Shown here piece after piece: positions 12,552 to 26,153 of a DNA stretch of 64,000 nucleotides. The position numbers and the translations under genes were made by a program. The DNA comes from Tubiluchus corallicola. Taxonomy: Eukaryota > Animalia > Priapulida. Numbering within the stretch: the stretch's first letter is position 1; each line of letters starts with the position of its first letter. The notes below the pieces were generated by a model, which had not been told where the DNA came from, did no database searches, and was given only the letters and a program-made list of their open reading frames with translations. The DNA lies in the NCBI GenBank assembly GCA_030141605.1, contig JAQGDQ010000800.1, positions 30,373 through 94,372 on the forward strand, given 5' to 3'.

Positions 12552-13697
12552 CTCACAATATTGAGAAACGTGAGCATTTATCCAAGCAATGGGCTGGCTG
12601 TCGGCACTCCCCATCAGGCACTGCTCCACATTGTTTCTGAACACTTGTTCTATACCTGCGAGACTGTACACGCACAGGGCAGAAGACGGCGTGTGATTCC
12701 ACGAAAACACAGCAAATATCACATAACTGTCATTTGCAACTCCCAAATCTATCACTAGGTGTCCTCGAATCTTTACCACGCTTGCGGCCCGTAGAATGTT
12801 GTACTCGCCGCACCTCAATGACGCCTCACTGAACGATTTATACCCCGGATCGCTCTCACACACCCGGTAAATTTTCGACCCCCTGTGACTGTCAACTGAG
12901 GTGGGTCCCGGTTTAGCATCAGGTGTGATGGCTAGCAGGTAACTAAAACTATTTGCGGTAAATCCGTGAACATATGTGATTGGATACTGTATCAACGAAT
13001 CGTCTGACATTTCTACAAAAGTTTTCGACGTCGTTATGTCGTCGTGCGTGGCAAATACATCACCACCATCGAGAAACCGTGAGCTTACGGCCGGAATTAA
13101 ATGGCGATATTGACCGTTAGTTTCCACCTTCCCGTCTGCTTCACGTGTAGCAACAGTGGTCCCGACGACCATGACGCGTTCGCGAAAGATACCGGGCGGA
13201 CCTGGCGCGAGAAATGCCACGGTCGAAGCCGTTGCATTGTTAGCAGCAACAGCCTCCCCACCATGGTGGATAACACTTCTGATGTTCGAGACATTACGTA
13301 TTTCGCACGCCCCCTGCAGGGCACTTCCACAAAAAATTAACCTATTGCTCAATTCATCTAGAAGCAATATTTTATTGTAGTTGTCAGTTGGCATGCGGTG
13401 CTGTTGACCTTCGCAAGTTCTAGGAGGTGGCGGGCAGTCCGGATTATCGTCAACCGGACCGGTAGTAACAACGGCGCTCCTCGACAGATTTAAATCTAGT
13501 TGAATGAGCCTGTTAACGCCACCTATGTAAATATTCCCTGTCCTGCTATCGACAACTGCATGATTTAGTACAACGTCACTGGTAAACGTTGCTGCAATGA
13601 ACTCACTACAATAGGAAAGCCTGGATAGTGCAGAAATAATGGTCCAGAGGAGTAACAACTGGCTCCACTTGGCGGGAGAGAGGCATGTCTCTCTCAT
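12552..13697 (-). CDS. PlexA: Plexin-A-like coding exon 1 (signal peptide and most of the Sema domain)
   Basis: Hydrophobic N-terminus, then plexin Sema motifs IYIGGVNRL, TGPVDDNPDCPPP, DNYNKILL, LIFCGSALQGACEIR, SALCVYSL. Donor gag|gtgag at 12552; upstream acceptor ttttttcag at 13717. Confidence 0.96.
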
Positions 13698-13859
13698 GTT
13701 GCATTATCTACTTCATCTGAAAAAAATGAGCACGTGGTAATTAAGAGTTCTACACTTCTGATCTTTGTTTTTTAATTTCGTAGGGGGTGTGCACATATCA
13801 GATTTATTATAAATAATACCAGACACCAATCTCTAACTGATCTCTGGTGACTATTACTC

Positions 13860-13953
13860 TCACTCTCTCTGTCTACACACCTCCCTGCCTCTCCCTCCCC
13901 TCGCTCTCTCTCTCCCCCCTCTCTCTCTCTCTCTCCCTCTCTTTCTGTCTCTC

Positions 13954-13984
<31 letters not shown>

Positions 13985-14015
13985 CTCTCTCTCCCTCTTT
14001 CTCTCTCCCCACCTC
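13860..14015. repeat. (CT)n microsatellite
   Basis: Direct inspection. Confidence 0.9.
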
Positions 14016-14426
14016 CCCTTACTTGTGTGTTGCACACGTACAAAATACTATCGAAAACAACAATGAATCTTTCTACAAATGGATTCACGGACTTGTAAAA
14101 GGAAGAACGCCAGACCGCACCAAACACATTAGGAAGTCAAATTACAGCAAGCAAACATCAAATAACGTGCAATCACAAGACAATTCTCAGCCACTTTCTG
14201 GTAATTACTGGCCGCTGTCTTTTTGTGAATCTCAGATTTCAAACGACAGAAAATGATGAAACAGTTAGCTAACAGAACAGAGATTAATGCAGAACCAAAT
14301 AACACATACATACAGCTGGCTCTGTCGTCACCTGGTCTCTCTCCCTCTCTCCCTACCTCCCTCCCGCTTCCTCTCTCTCACAGCTATTATAAGCTCTACA
14401 TTGTGAGACACTCGAGTTTCTTTTAA

Positions 14427-14930
14427 AGGAAAACCGGACGATTGTGAAAACACTAGTTCAGAATAAAGAATGCTCTAAAATATTGAAAACTACTATGGCT
14501 TTTTTAAATCAAAGCTTAGATTAAATAATAATTACCTCGGATACTCAAATTTTGTCAACGCGCAGCTCAGAGAATCTACTAAAATTGGCAACGGCGCCTT
14601 TTTATCACATGCGTGTGACCGACAAATAGAAGACAGTACCGTGATAACCATGATCATTAACTGCAGTGTTAGTTTCTAACGTCATATGACGTACAGACCA
14701 TTTTCGTGACATCACGCGTTTAAGCAGTACTGTAGCACTTACGCAAACGTGCTTGACGCGCAAGGGAAGACGTCTGCCATTGCACAAACTGTGGTTAGTT
14801 TCTGACCTAAGCAATAGCTGAGTTCGGTTGCCGTTAATTAACTTTCTAAGCTAATTATTCAAATATAAGGAACAATTGTTAACTTTTATAGGCAAGAAAA
14901 TGTATATTTTGGACAGTAAATTAAAATCAG
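14427..14930 (+). mobile_element. Kolobok-like MITE (copy 2, lacks right TIR)
   Basis: TTAA|AGGAAAACCGGACGA; colinear with copy 1 and with the reverse complement of 62950-63461. Confidence 0.75.
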
Positions 14931-15420
14931 ACTCACAGGGATGAGAATGACAAATTGCAAAAAACTCTGAAACAGGCCAGGGGTTTTGGGGCCACTTAGG
15001 CTGCCCCAGTCTACTCATAATACAAAATTTCAGACTGGTATAATTCATGAACTATGTCAATACTTACACACACAGTTCTAAATACTATTACATACATAAT
15101 TTACATACCTAATTTATACATGTTAAACTACCTATTGAATTTCACTAGGCCAGCAACTTCGAATAAGTTAACACTATCTATTTTAGCACAAAATACAAAT
15201 GATATAGTACATATTCTAGATACATCAAACAGTTATTGAACCTACTCTAATTGCGACTTGTTAATATTAAAACGATTAAGCTTGCTTTTTTGAGTATGTG
15301 GTAGGCATAAATAATGAATCTATTTTTTTAATCTTAATCGATTAAAATTTTTACTATGAGGCAGCTGACTTTACAAATAAAATTGCAGCAGTACGGTAAA
15401 ATCAGCAGAGAAATGCCGTA

Positions 15421-15765
15421 GACTCATATCTCCGTTTGCCAAACAAAAGCGGGGAGACGTCGGTCCGAATTTACCGATACTAAGCTAATACAGTAGGCCC
15501 ATGTGTTAGACTCACACTAATGTAGAATCAATCGCCTAACTGTCTCAAAAACATCTAATACGGGCCACTTCTGCCATACAAGCTACACGTGTCGTTACAC
15601 GCTGCTTGGTTGCACTGACCTTATGATGTAAACAAAGTGACGGCCCGCCAACTAGTGGTCAGCTCGGGAAACAACTGACTTTGACCGCAGTACGTCGGAC
15701 TTTTTAACGGTCCAGATTTTGTCCGTATCCGTAAAAGCGAGGTCCGGCAAACCGAGATATGAGTG
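15421..15765. mobile_element. Tc1/mariner-type MITE
   Basis: TA|GACTCATATCTCCGTTTGCC ... GGCAAACCGAGATATGAGTG|TA: a 20-bp TIR with 2 mismatches and TA flanks. Confidence 0.75.
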
Positions 15766-16867
15766 TATCCAGATACCAATGCCAGTTCAACGTATAAAAC
15801 AAAATGCCATGCAGTTCAACATTAACATTATCCTGTTGTTACTATATCAAGTATGCATGTTACTACATTATTTTTATAACTAAAAATTGTTTAACATAAT
15901 TAATAATATGCCAATACCATAAATGAGGGCACGGTTATAATCAAAATAAAAAATCAATAATGATTCTAGTTAAATAACCATACAAATCTATAATTAACAG
16001 GTTTATTGTCTCAGCAAGTATTGCTGTACATTGTAAGAGTAAGAAAATTATACAGCCATTGTTTTACATGAGCCATCAAAGCATAAATTAAACACAAAGC
16101 TAATGTGGTTTCTGTTTTCTAAATTGTCTAAGCATTTCACATTTCAGGGGAAACTGATTTAGAATACATAATAATGTAAAAAAAAACCAAAAATCAACCA
16201 AAACCCTGAAAAAGGAGGAAACAGAAGGGAGGATCACTGTGAAATGGAAATAGTGGAGACAGTGAATTTTAGGTTTGTGAAAAATGACAAAAATTAATAG
16301 AGCTAGCCTCTAATATATATCATGCACTACCATAATAAACAAAATTTCAAGTGATTTTTTAGATTCACTCATGCCACTGACTCTAATACAGACACAGCAT
16401 TAGCTTTTGAAGAAAGTACTTTTTAAATCATTTGATGTGCATAATTACATATGAATTCCAGCACTGTCATGAAGACTTAACAATACACATTTAGCCAGTT
16501 GTAAGAGATATGAAATACATGATAGTTTGTTGTAAAAGAAAAAAATGGCTAAAAATAGTTAAATGTAGCCAAAAGTACATTTAGTTGAAAGTATTTATTT
16601 GACTTCAGGCACACTGCTATACTGCACGATACATACATGCACAAAAATACGGATGATAACTATGAAATAAATAACTCATTAAATCATTATGGGTATATTA
16701 CATAATATATTGCTCGAATGAAAAAAGATTCCTCAGTCCTTACACAACCACTATATGAGGTATAACCAGGTGCCATTACTCACATATAAGAAAGGGTTAA
16801 TACTGATAAAGTTTTAATGCAAATACAATGGTGTTATAATACACCTGGAACTGAAAACTTAAAACAA

Positions 16868-17102
16868 AACATTGTTTTTGTGAAAAGAAGAAGCAGTGTT
16901 TTTAAACAATGTGAACATTGTTTTCGCAAAATGAAGAATCAGTGTTTTTAAACAGTGTGAACATTGTTTTCGTGAAATGAAGAATCAGTGTTTTTAAACA
17001 ATGTGAACATTGTTTTCGTGAAATGAAGAATCAGTGTTTTTAAACAATGTGAACATTGTTTTCATGAAATGAAGAATCAGTGTTTTTAAACAATGTAAAC
17101 AA
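16868..17102. repeat. Minisatellite, 46-bp unit x5
   Basis: AACATTGTTTTCGTGAAATGAAGAATCAGTGTTTTTAAACAATGTG repeated. Confidence 0.92.
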
Positions 17103-17579
17103 TACTGAGGAATTAGTAAGTAGGACTATTTCTGCTATGTGCATAAACTTTGGAGAACTGCCTCGAAAACTAAAAGATTCACATTAAAGTTTTACATTAA
17201 ACCCCATTTATGCGATATGAATATGTTATATTAAACTGGAATGCAAAATGAGAGCTCCGTTCTAGTTTGCGACTGAAAAATTTCATGTCATGTCACCAAA
17301 CTTATTTTACATATTAGTTTTCTATTGGAAAGATTTGATGCTAGTACATAAACTAGCACATATACAAGGCAGTTACATGATTGGTCATTTGTAAAGTTAA
17401 AGCGTTTGAAGAAGCCATTATTTATACATACAGGCTATTCTCTTCCGACGTTTGACCCTAACACCAATATGCAAGTTAATTCTCTTATGGCACTTTAGTC
17501 TCACATTTAATTAAATTGCACCGAAAGAAATAAATTTTCTGATATGAGCAATGCCAGTTGTTCGACCATGCTCGTTACG

Positions 17580-17770
17580 GTGATGCTGTCACGTTAAGGA
17601 AGTTAATGATTATGTTTTATTTTCTGAAAATTAGCAAGTGTAGTGTACTTCCAAGAATAAAACTGATGATTCACTAACAAGCCTTTGACAGGCGTGATGG
17701 TGTCACATTAAGGAAGTTAAGGATTATGTTTTATTTCCTGAGAACTATCAAGTGCAGTGCACTTTCATGA
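17580..17770. repeat. Two-copy tandem duplication (about 114-bp spacing)
   Basis: GTGATGNTGTCACRTTAAGGAAGTTAANGATTATGTTTTATTT occurs twice. Confidence 0.8.
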
Positions 17771-18258
17771 AAAGTACATCTTATGCAAATCTCCTTTCAC
17801 TTATTCAGTCCCACAGTTCATAGTTTCCATAATAATGATGTTATCGACAGGACAGGAAAGATATTTCACTGACATTTTTAATCGTGTTTCTGAGATCATG
17901 TGCCCATGTAGGACACCGATAAAATAAGCAAATGAGTTGAATAATTAGCGAAAGTTAACTTGGTAACTATACACTGTCATAAGCTTTCTTTTTGCAGCAG
18001 TTTCCTGGTGGTTCTTCTTTATCACAAGTGTTTGATATTCAAGCTTTCATGGGTATGACAGTTGTAGGATTGTCAAAGGCGTAAGTCTTTATTCTGCGCG
18101 AATTACTTGAAGGTTTTTGAAGATTTCCACCGGAATGATACGTTCAATGTTAGTGAAAGCACATTCAATACATTTTTATTTTCACAAGTTATATGATCTT
18201 TTCAATCACGCATTTGAGAAACACACTTTCATTGGCAAGCCTTCCGGGCCATTACAAC

Positions 18259-19269
18259 TTACGTGTTTTCACCCGTACATATTAGTAGGTGCTTTTTTAA
18301 ATCGTACTTTTGACCATAACGTCTATGACACTTGGAACACTCGTAAGGTTTGGTGCCCGTGTGTGTTCTTATGTGAGACCTCAAATTACCCGCCTGGGTG
18401 AAACGTCTAGAGCACACGTGACACTCAAAGGGTTTCTCGCCCGTGTGAACGCGCTCGTGCATCTCCAGAGCGCCAGTAGACGGAAACGGCTTTTTGCACC
18501 ACCGGCAGAGAAACACCGATCGCCGTTGTGGCCTATCCAGGATTTCCTCAACCACCTTCTTCCCCTCCTGATTGGAATGTATGCGGTAACTAAACAACTT
18601 GGGCTTCTGCACAACCTTTGGCTCTTTTGGCAGCAAAAATCTCTGTCTATTTACTGATTTGTTCCTTGGCCAGACCTGGGGTTGCTTCAGTTGCTTAGGT
18701 ACGGGAGCAATTCCCGATACTGATGGCAGCTCTTGGTCGAATGAACCTACCTGTCCACCACTGTAAAGAAGCGCCTCATCAGAGACAGTGTGCGCTGGTA
18801 TAACTTGGTACTGTTGACCATCAGCTTCTGCATATGGGCTTCCATCTGGTGCGTAATGAACGACCTCGTTAATTTCGGCAACACTGGAAGGAACGATTGG
18901 CTTCTGATCAGAAATTTCTTCAGAGCCGCTTATGTCAACAACGGCGATTGACAGCGGATTTTCTTCCTCCTGATCCTGAAACTTTGGTTGTGGATCAACA
19001 TATTCCGCTTCCTGTTCGGCAAACGCAGCATTGCCTGTTGTAAGCTGAGCATCAGCAGATAGGGCTTGAGAGCGGGCGGCGTCACGATATACGTAGTCTC
19101 CATCGTTGTTGAGGGATGCGGTGTGGTCGTCAGCTTCCGCACCATGACTGATGAGGATCTTACAGTGCCACGTTCGGGTATGAGCAAAGAAAACGTCTTC
19201 ATTAATGAAACACTCAGAACACGCGGTACATTTATAGTAGATGATAACTTCCTCTATTTCCATGTCCAT
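18259..19269 (-). CDS. C2H2 zinc-finger protein, 336 aa, single coding exon
   Basis: Three C-terminal C2H2 fingers with HTGEKPF and HTGTKPY linkers (the last ends in HxxxC), an isolated N-terminal finger (CTAC...HTRTWH) and an acidic middle. Likely acceptor near 19531; AATAAA about 80 nt past the stop. Confidence 0.93.
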   Translation of the reverse strand: MDMEIEEVIIYYKCTACSECFINEDVFFAHTRTWHCKILISHGAEADDHTASLNNDGDYVYRDAARSQALSADAQLTTGNAAFAEQEAEYVDPQPKFQDQEEENPLSIAVVDISGSEEISDQKPIVPSSVAEINEVVHYAPDGSPYAEADGQQYQVIPAHTVSDEALLYSGGQVGSFDQELPSVSGIAPVPKQLKQPQVWPRNKSVNRQRFLLPKEPKVVQKPKLFSYRIHSNQEGKKVVEEILDRPQRRSVFLCRWCKKPFPSTGALEMHERVHTGEKPFECHVCSRRFTQAGNLRSHIRTHTGTKPYECSKCHRRYGQKYDLKKHLLICTGENT

Positions 19270-22200
19270 TAATTATAATTATTTAATCACTGGCTTCTAA
19301 GGACGCTTCCTTTGTAAGAATGAATTTGCAGAAGACAATTTTAAAACACGTTGAAGCCCAAAGTACGGCAAATAATAAAATTCTTTTTTATGGTCACTAA
19401 TGTGCAGCTGAGGCACATTGAGACACCCCAGCTGAGGGACAATATATCCGAAGAACAGACAAACAACAGTTCCAGTAGACTAACGTACGCAAGTCTAACA
19501 AACGCAAGTTTAATACACTTCCTGTGCAACCTGTAAAGCTGAAATGAAAATCACAAACACAGTTATTACAAAAAAACTCTAGTCATAGACTAGACAATTG
19601 TTTAATGCTTACTGCACTACTTTTTATTATATGTCCATTTGGAGACATTTTTATTCTTACAATCTTAGCAAACTCAAGGTTGCATATAATGTATCAACAC
19701 GGAAACTGTTTAACTTTTCATATGATACGAGCGCTAGATATATTTCTACTAGACTTAATATTATTTATTTTGATGTTATTCACAGAAAATGTGCATACAG
19801 TTTATACGTCAGGCTGAATAACAGTGAAAATTTTATATACAAGAACATTTTAAATAGTGATGCAAACTTTACTTCTGTAATTAGATGTCATTGGCGTAGT
19901 TTGTTATATCGTTAATTGTTATTTATGTTATTGTTGTGTTTCATGATTTATTGTATTATTTGTATTAATTTGTGATGTGTATATGAACTTTGTGAAGTTT
20001 GAAATAAAATATTTTAAATCTAAATCTAAATCACGCATGTAAATTCCTGTATTGCGTATAATTATGGAGTTGTACACAGCAATGAGAGAGTTAAAGCATT
20101 CCATTCTTGATGTTGTCAAAATGCTGAACAACCATGCATCATGACAAATTTAAGTCAAAATGGATTCTAAAAAAACTTGTGATTATTTTTACTTGGAGCT
20201 CCAAATCATCATTCTTTCATCGCCTCTCCCACAACCACGTACGATTTAATAGTATATAAATTATACAAAACACAACACATGTACATATACCAGCACCATT
20301 ACCTTCACGTCATTACTTTGATTATGTTAATTAATCCGTTCTTACAAAACACTCTTCTAAAATGAAGTTTAAAAAATTTGTATTAAAATTTAATATGACC
20401 TACAGCTTGTCTTATTGCATACAGTGTTTGAAGAACTTGTAAATTTAAACTCCCGCAAAAATTCGCCACTGCGATAAGAAAATTACTGCGGATTCCGCAT
20501 CTGCATGTTTGCAAATCTGTTACGGTTATCTCTGCAGTAGACTGAGAAGAGACTGAAACTCGTGGACCGATTTTAGCCAGGCCCAATCTGATACAGTATA
20601 TTGCACCCATTCTAGGCGACGTAAACTTTTTGTTTTAAGCTGGAAAACACGATGCCAACCTATAAATACAACGTATAAGGCAAAATATTGGGTAATTCCC
20701 ATTTCACATTACCTTGTCCGAATTGCGTCAAGGTTTCTAATATTATTAGGTTAGCGTTTTTACGTCAATTCCATTAGTTTAGAATTTTCACTAGCATCTT
20801 TTATTTGTTAGTTGGCGTTTTTACGTTGCTGCAAGGGGAATACAACTTTTAAAACTAGGTATTTTTGACTCCACTTATTTTTGCAGTAATCAACAATGGC
20901 ACCAGCATTAAGTACATCTTCATATTAAAGAATTTTAAAATTTGATCTAAATTAATTTTCCGCAGATAACAACAAAACTTGAAAAAAAACCAATAATTAC
21001 CTGCCGCAAGCCTTTTGCAGTAACATTACTTTTCAATGGCAGAAATCATCTAAAATGATTGCGGTTCGCTATTTAGCTTTTCCTGTTGCGCCGTTTCAAC
21101 GACTCCGGCTATATGAATGCCGAAGCTACATGCACTAGGGCTTTGTGTTCACGAGCACCGGGCTAACAGGGCAGCTTCAGTTTCTATCATAATGATGATC
21201 CAATAAATTTTTTAATTTTCATTTGTAAGCATTATTAATTCGCTAATAGCATTGGCAATAATAACAATAATTAGCATGCCGTATTCTAATTTTAATTCTA
21301 CTTATATAAATTGCAAAACTATATTATATTACAATTACTACCATAGTCATAAAAACTAATTCAGCATGGAATTGCAAAAAACTAAAGATATTGATAGATA
21401 ATTTATAGATAAAAGTACAGATAATTATGGTGAAACTGTAAGCTAGTTATTTATCAGGTATAATCTGCCAAAATTACAGGAGAAAAGCAAATGGATATTA
21501 GTTGCTGTTAGAAGCATAATGCATCTGCTAACAATGAGACGAACAACCAAGGACAATACAACATTGCAATGAAAAACTATCCAGAAGTAGTAACCAGTCC
21601 CGTTACTAGTCAAACCCTGCATTAATTGTTTAGTGTGCAACCGGCTTGCACGTGACTTCAACTTTAACTATCACTTGAGATCCGTGTAAAATCGTGACTG
21701 TTGTAATAGGTTTGCGCCAAACTTACAATTAAAATTATTATAGCTAAAAGTACGTGAAAAGTAAAGTTTGTTTTAAAATCGATTTATATTGTAAAGAACT
21801 GATAGTGCTAACACGCTTGGTTAACGTCGTTATCTACAATATTGTTACATAAACGTGCAGCAACAGCGAAATTCAATTATAATTATATACTGTAAAGTTA
21901 CTCTTCTTGCGCCCTCCATGCCAATGCAACGCGTACTGAGATGATATTAGGCCACACAGCATTACATCCGAGCGTATTTGTAGACGCCAGCATGCAATGG
22001 CTTCGTAACGGACGGAACCATTAAAAGCGGGAATGTTGGGGTGAAAATAAATGGTATTTAACCTGTCCTCGTTACACTGTTATTAAATACATAACACAAC
22101 ATAATTGTACTGGCACCAAAAATCCTGCACATTTCATGATTTTAACACACAAATTTAATTTTTATTGCTTATTAATTTCCAAAGCATTCAAGATTACATC

Positions 22201-23494
22201 ACTTATTAAATTTGTCATGATATGTTATTATCCATGCCCCTCTCTTTGTGCTGTGGTTTCTGACGCGACTGCTGTATAAGATTTCCTCAGGATAAATCTA
22301 TTTTCCAGGCATTTTTTTTCTATACGATGAGTATCGTATACGTAAGACGAAAATGACTGCACACCATCCATTTCATAGTTCAAATTGCTCGACATAATTA
22401 TGATACAGTAACATCACACGTTAAACTTATTTTGTTTTAAATGTCTTCCTCATGTCTACATCACCGTGCCTCACCGCATCACTTAAATCATTGGGCTTTT
22501 TAAGGAGCTCATCGGGCAGTTTTTAAGGCGACTTCCACATTGCATAAATTAAATTTGATGATCTAGTCTTGCTAACGTTTTGCCATGATTTTTGCTCTAA
22601 AATCGGCTCTCAGATCTGCAAATAGAAAAGGTTGGTTAATAATTTGCAAGACAAATGCATAAATACATAAGAAAACTTTGAAACAAATATTAATCCATTG
22701 AATTTTCGAACGAATTTGAAAAACATGAAATGTGCAAAAGTTTGAATTTGTTGGGGATGTTGAATTTGTTTGGGCAACTATAAGGTCCGTATGGAGCAAG
22801 ACATAGTCCATAATCCGTAAGCCATAACACGTCTTCCATCTTCCGTAAGGCGCGGGTCCTAATCCGCGCATGCGCCTTGCTCTCTGTGTAACTAGCAAGA
22901 CGTTCAGCCATAATCCATTCTCTAGCGAGAGGAACCAAACTACTACATTTTAAAAAAATAGATATTATAGTATAATAGCTAATATAATTTTACTCATTAC
23001 ATACATACATAGACATACATAGAACATTTATTTTCTCCAATTAGTCTAACATCGAAAGTTTTTAAATATTAAGTGATTATAATCATGGAGCAGGGCAGGG
23101 AAGGACCATAGAGTCATCTAGTCGCCTGCCCTTTCTTATAAATAGATTCGTATATTAAAAATTAATGGTGGTGGTGCAGATAATAAAAACAAAATCAAAT
23201 AAGAAAAAATAATAATAAAAACAGTATAAATTATACAAATTATCCAAAAAGAACTGAAAGCAAAAAAATAACCAAAGTTGGATACCAAAACCTTAAAAAA
23301 CAATACAATTATTCAGTAATTAGGATTATTATATGTGGTAGTTTCAAATGGGGACTTATTAACAGAAGAATTTGACCAAGGTTAGCGCGAGTAAAGTTAA
23401 AAACTGAGAGTATAGAAAGAAAAAAATAAGTATCAAAAAAGTGTAATATTACTGAATAACAGACTGTCAGTCGCATACATTGTATAATCTGACT

Positions 23495-23710
<216 letters not shown>

Positions 23711-24028
23711 ACTATGCTGTCTCCTCCATGTTTGTTTTGTATAGAAAAAAGCTCAATTACGCTAATTTTCCCATTAGCGGTAATAAAAAACGGTAATAAA
23801 AAACGGCAAATGAAATTAATGGTCAAATTCATTTCGTAATAAGGCGTATTATGGCCCGGTTAAAACAGCTTGTCAGGAGGCTGCTGTGGATTATGGCTGA
23901 TGGCTTACGGTAGGCAAACTACGATAAGCCGAACGTGGCAAATGAATTATCCGTGAGACGTGGACAATTGACGTCAAACATATTGGTTTATCGCTCTGTC
24001 CCCGCTGTAACGTAAGCACAGTCAGCAA

Positions 24029-24354
24029 CTAAACTAAACTAAACTAAACTAAACTGAAACTGAAACTGAAACTGAAACTGAAACTGAAACTGAAACTGAA
24101 ACTGAAACTGAAACTGAAACTGAAACTGAAACTGAAACTGAAACTGAAACTGAAACTGAAACTGAAACTGAAACTGAAACTGAAACTGAAACTGAAACTA
24201 AACTAAACTAAACTAAACAAAAACTACACTACACTACACTACACTACACTACACTACACTACACTACACTACACTACACTACACTACACTACACTACACT
24301 ACACTACACTACACTACACTACACTACACTACACTAAACTAAACTAAACTAAAC
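24029..24354. repeat. Compound microsatellite (AAACT)n(GAAACT)n(AAACT)n(ACACT)n(AAACT)n
   Basis: Direct inspection; flanked by the near-duplicate ACAGTCA(G)CAACTAA. Confidence 0.95.
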
Positions 24355-25360
24355 AACATGACAGTCACAACTAATATCTAATCAGTAGATAACTGATTGC
24401 ACTTTTTCATAAACACAGATTTGCAGAGCAGCAGCCATTTTTACATGAAATTAACACTTCAAGTTGCCAAAAAATGACTTTTCAATTTAAACTTATTGTA
24501 GAGACGAAGTTTCAAAGCACTACAAAATGTAGAGACACAAGTATAATAAGAAAACTAAGCCAGTTAACATTGCTTTAAGATAAATGAGCAACAAAAATAT
24601 TAAGTCTTTCTTGCCTTTAAACAAGCCTGCGATGTATTTTTCTATATTAATTGATCATGTGCTCGTCTGCAAGATTTATTAAGTTTTTGTATTTTTCCGT
24701 TTGTCAGGCTACGAAAATGGAATAAATTTGATTGTTCCATTCCATAGGCGACCCTTATATTGAATGCCCGAGTTACATAAGTCCCATTGGTATCTGTTAA
24801 CCTTGATTATAACCAGAAAAATAGCGTGAAATTAATTAATATTACATTGATGTATAATATAAGTTTTGACCACATTGAAATTAAATTTGACTGTGGAGAT
24901 GACACTGAGGTTTATAAAAACTGGCCAGAAAAGAAAACATTTTGTTTTGTCCTTATTTAAAGTTGATCAAATAGTTGTTTTTATCTAACTTGCAAACCCA
25001 TAAACTAAACTAAACTGCGTATTTTCTTTATTGCAAAATGGTTTAATCAGCAACTCATAGACGTAAGTGTTGTGCATTTCTTCGTATAAACGAAACTAGA
25101 TTATATATTTCCACTAATTCACTATATATATATAAATTTACAATAATATAATCTTGAACAAGGCCAATATTTCTCCCGCTAACTAATGAAAAGTTGAGCA
25201 TTTTTCATATCAGTGTCAGACGCAGCTGTAGCTAAATGTCCCGAATGTACCTGCTGCAGGGGTGTGTGAAATAACTTGGCTCGCTGATTGGGCCGCCAGC
25301 GAAAATGATTGACATTATGTTGGACGTCAATTGGTTAGCATGACTGGGATATGACCGAAA

Positions 25361-25429
25361 TGCAGTGGATTAGTGGCCTTAGGCGTCTGTTTGGCAAGCA
25401 GGCGATGCCCGGTTCAAATCTATGCTGCA
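25361..25429 (+). pseudogene. tRNA-like sequence (tRNA pseudogene or tRNA-derived SINE head)
   Basis: Terminal pairing TGCAGT/GCTGCA, A-box-like TAGTGG, anticodon arm TCTGT-TTGGCAA-GCAGG and B-box GGTTCAAATC; D and T stems are imperfect. Confidence 0.5.
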
Positions 25430-25600
25430 CTTTGGTTTTTCATGCCTTTCAGATTTGGTATCAAAATTTAATGAATTGCAGGTTTGCATTGTCACCAATA
25501 TATTAAACTTTCGTGTTTATCTTTTTAATTTTTTTCTGTGCTGTGAACTTTGTGTTTAATTAGTAATTTTGTTATCTATTACACTTATTAGATCTAAAAA

Positions 25601-25860
25601 AACTAGTAATTAATGTTTAGTGACTTAATAATGACAATAGTTAAGTCACTTTAGTAACTAGTAATTAATGTTTAGTTTAGTGTCTTAATAATGACAATAG
25701 TTAAGTCACTTTAGTAACTAGTAATTAATGTTTAGTTTAGTGACTTAATAATGACAATAGTTAAGTCACTTTAGTAACTAGTAATTAATGTTTAGTTTAG
25801 TGACTTAATAATGACAATAGTTAAGTCACTTTAGTAACTAGTAATTAATGTTTAATGACT
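25601..25860. repeat. Minisatellite, 60-bp unit x about 4, each with an internal 10-bp inverted repeat
   Basis: Consecutive 60-nt lines are almost identical; each unit contains AGTGACTTAA...TTAAGTCACT. Confidence 0.93.
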
Positions 25861-25887
25861 TTCAATGGTTTTTCTTCTTTCTTCATC

Positions 25888-26128
25888 TTTACCTTTCGAG
25901 ACTACTTGTAACCACTTACCTTTCGAGACTACTTGTGACCACTTGTGACTGCTTACCTTTTGAGACTACTAGTGACCACTTGTGACCACTTACCTTTCGA
26001 GACTACGTGTGACCACTTATGACCACTTGTGACCACTTACCTTTCGAGACTACTTGTAACCACATACCTTCCTAGACTACTTGTGACCACTTACCTTTCG
26101 AGACTACTTGTGACTACTTGCGACCACT
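25888..26128. repeat. Minisatellite (27-47-bp variable unit) in the putative 3' UTR of the EGF gene
   Basis: Seven units of CTTACCTTTCGAGACTACTTGTGACCA with variable extra CTTGTGACCA blocks. Confidence 0.9.
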
Positions 26129-26153
26129 GGCTGTGGCGATGCGGTTAATTGAT

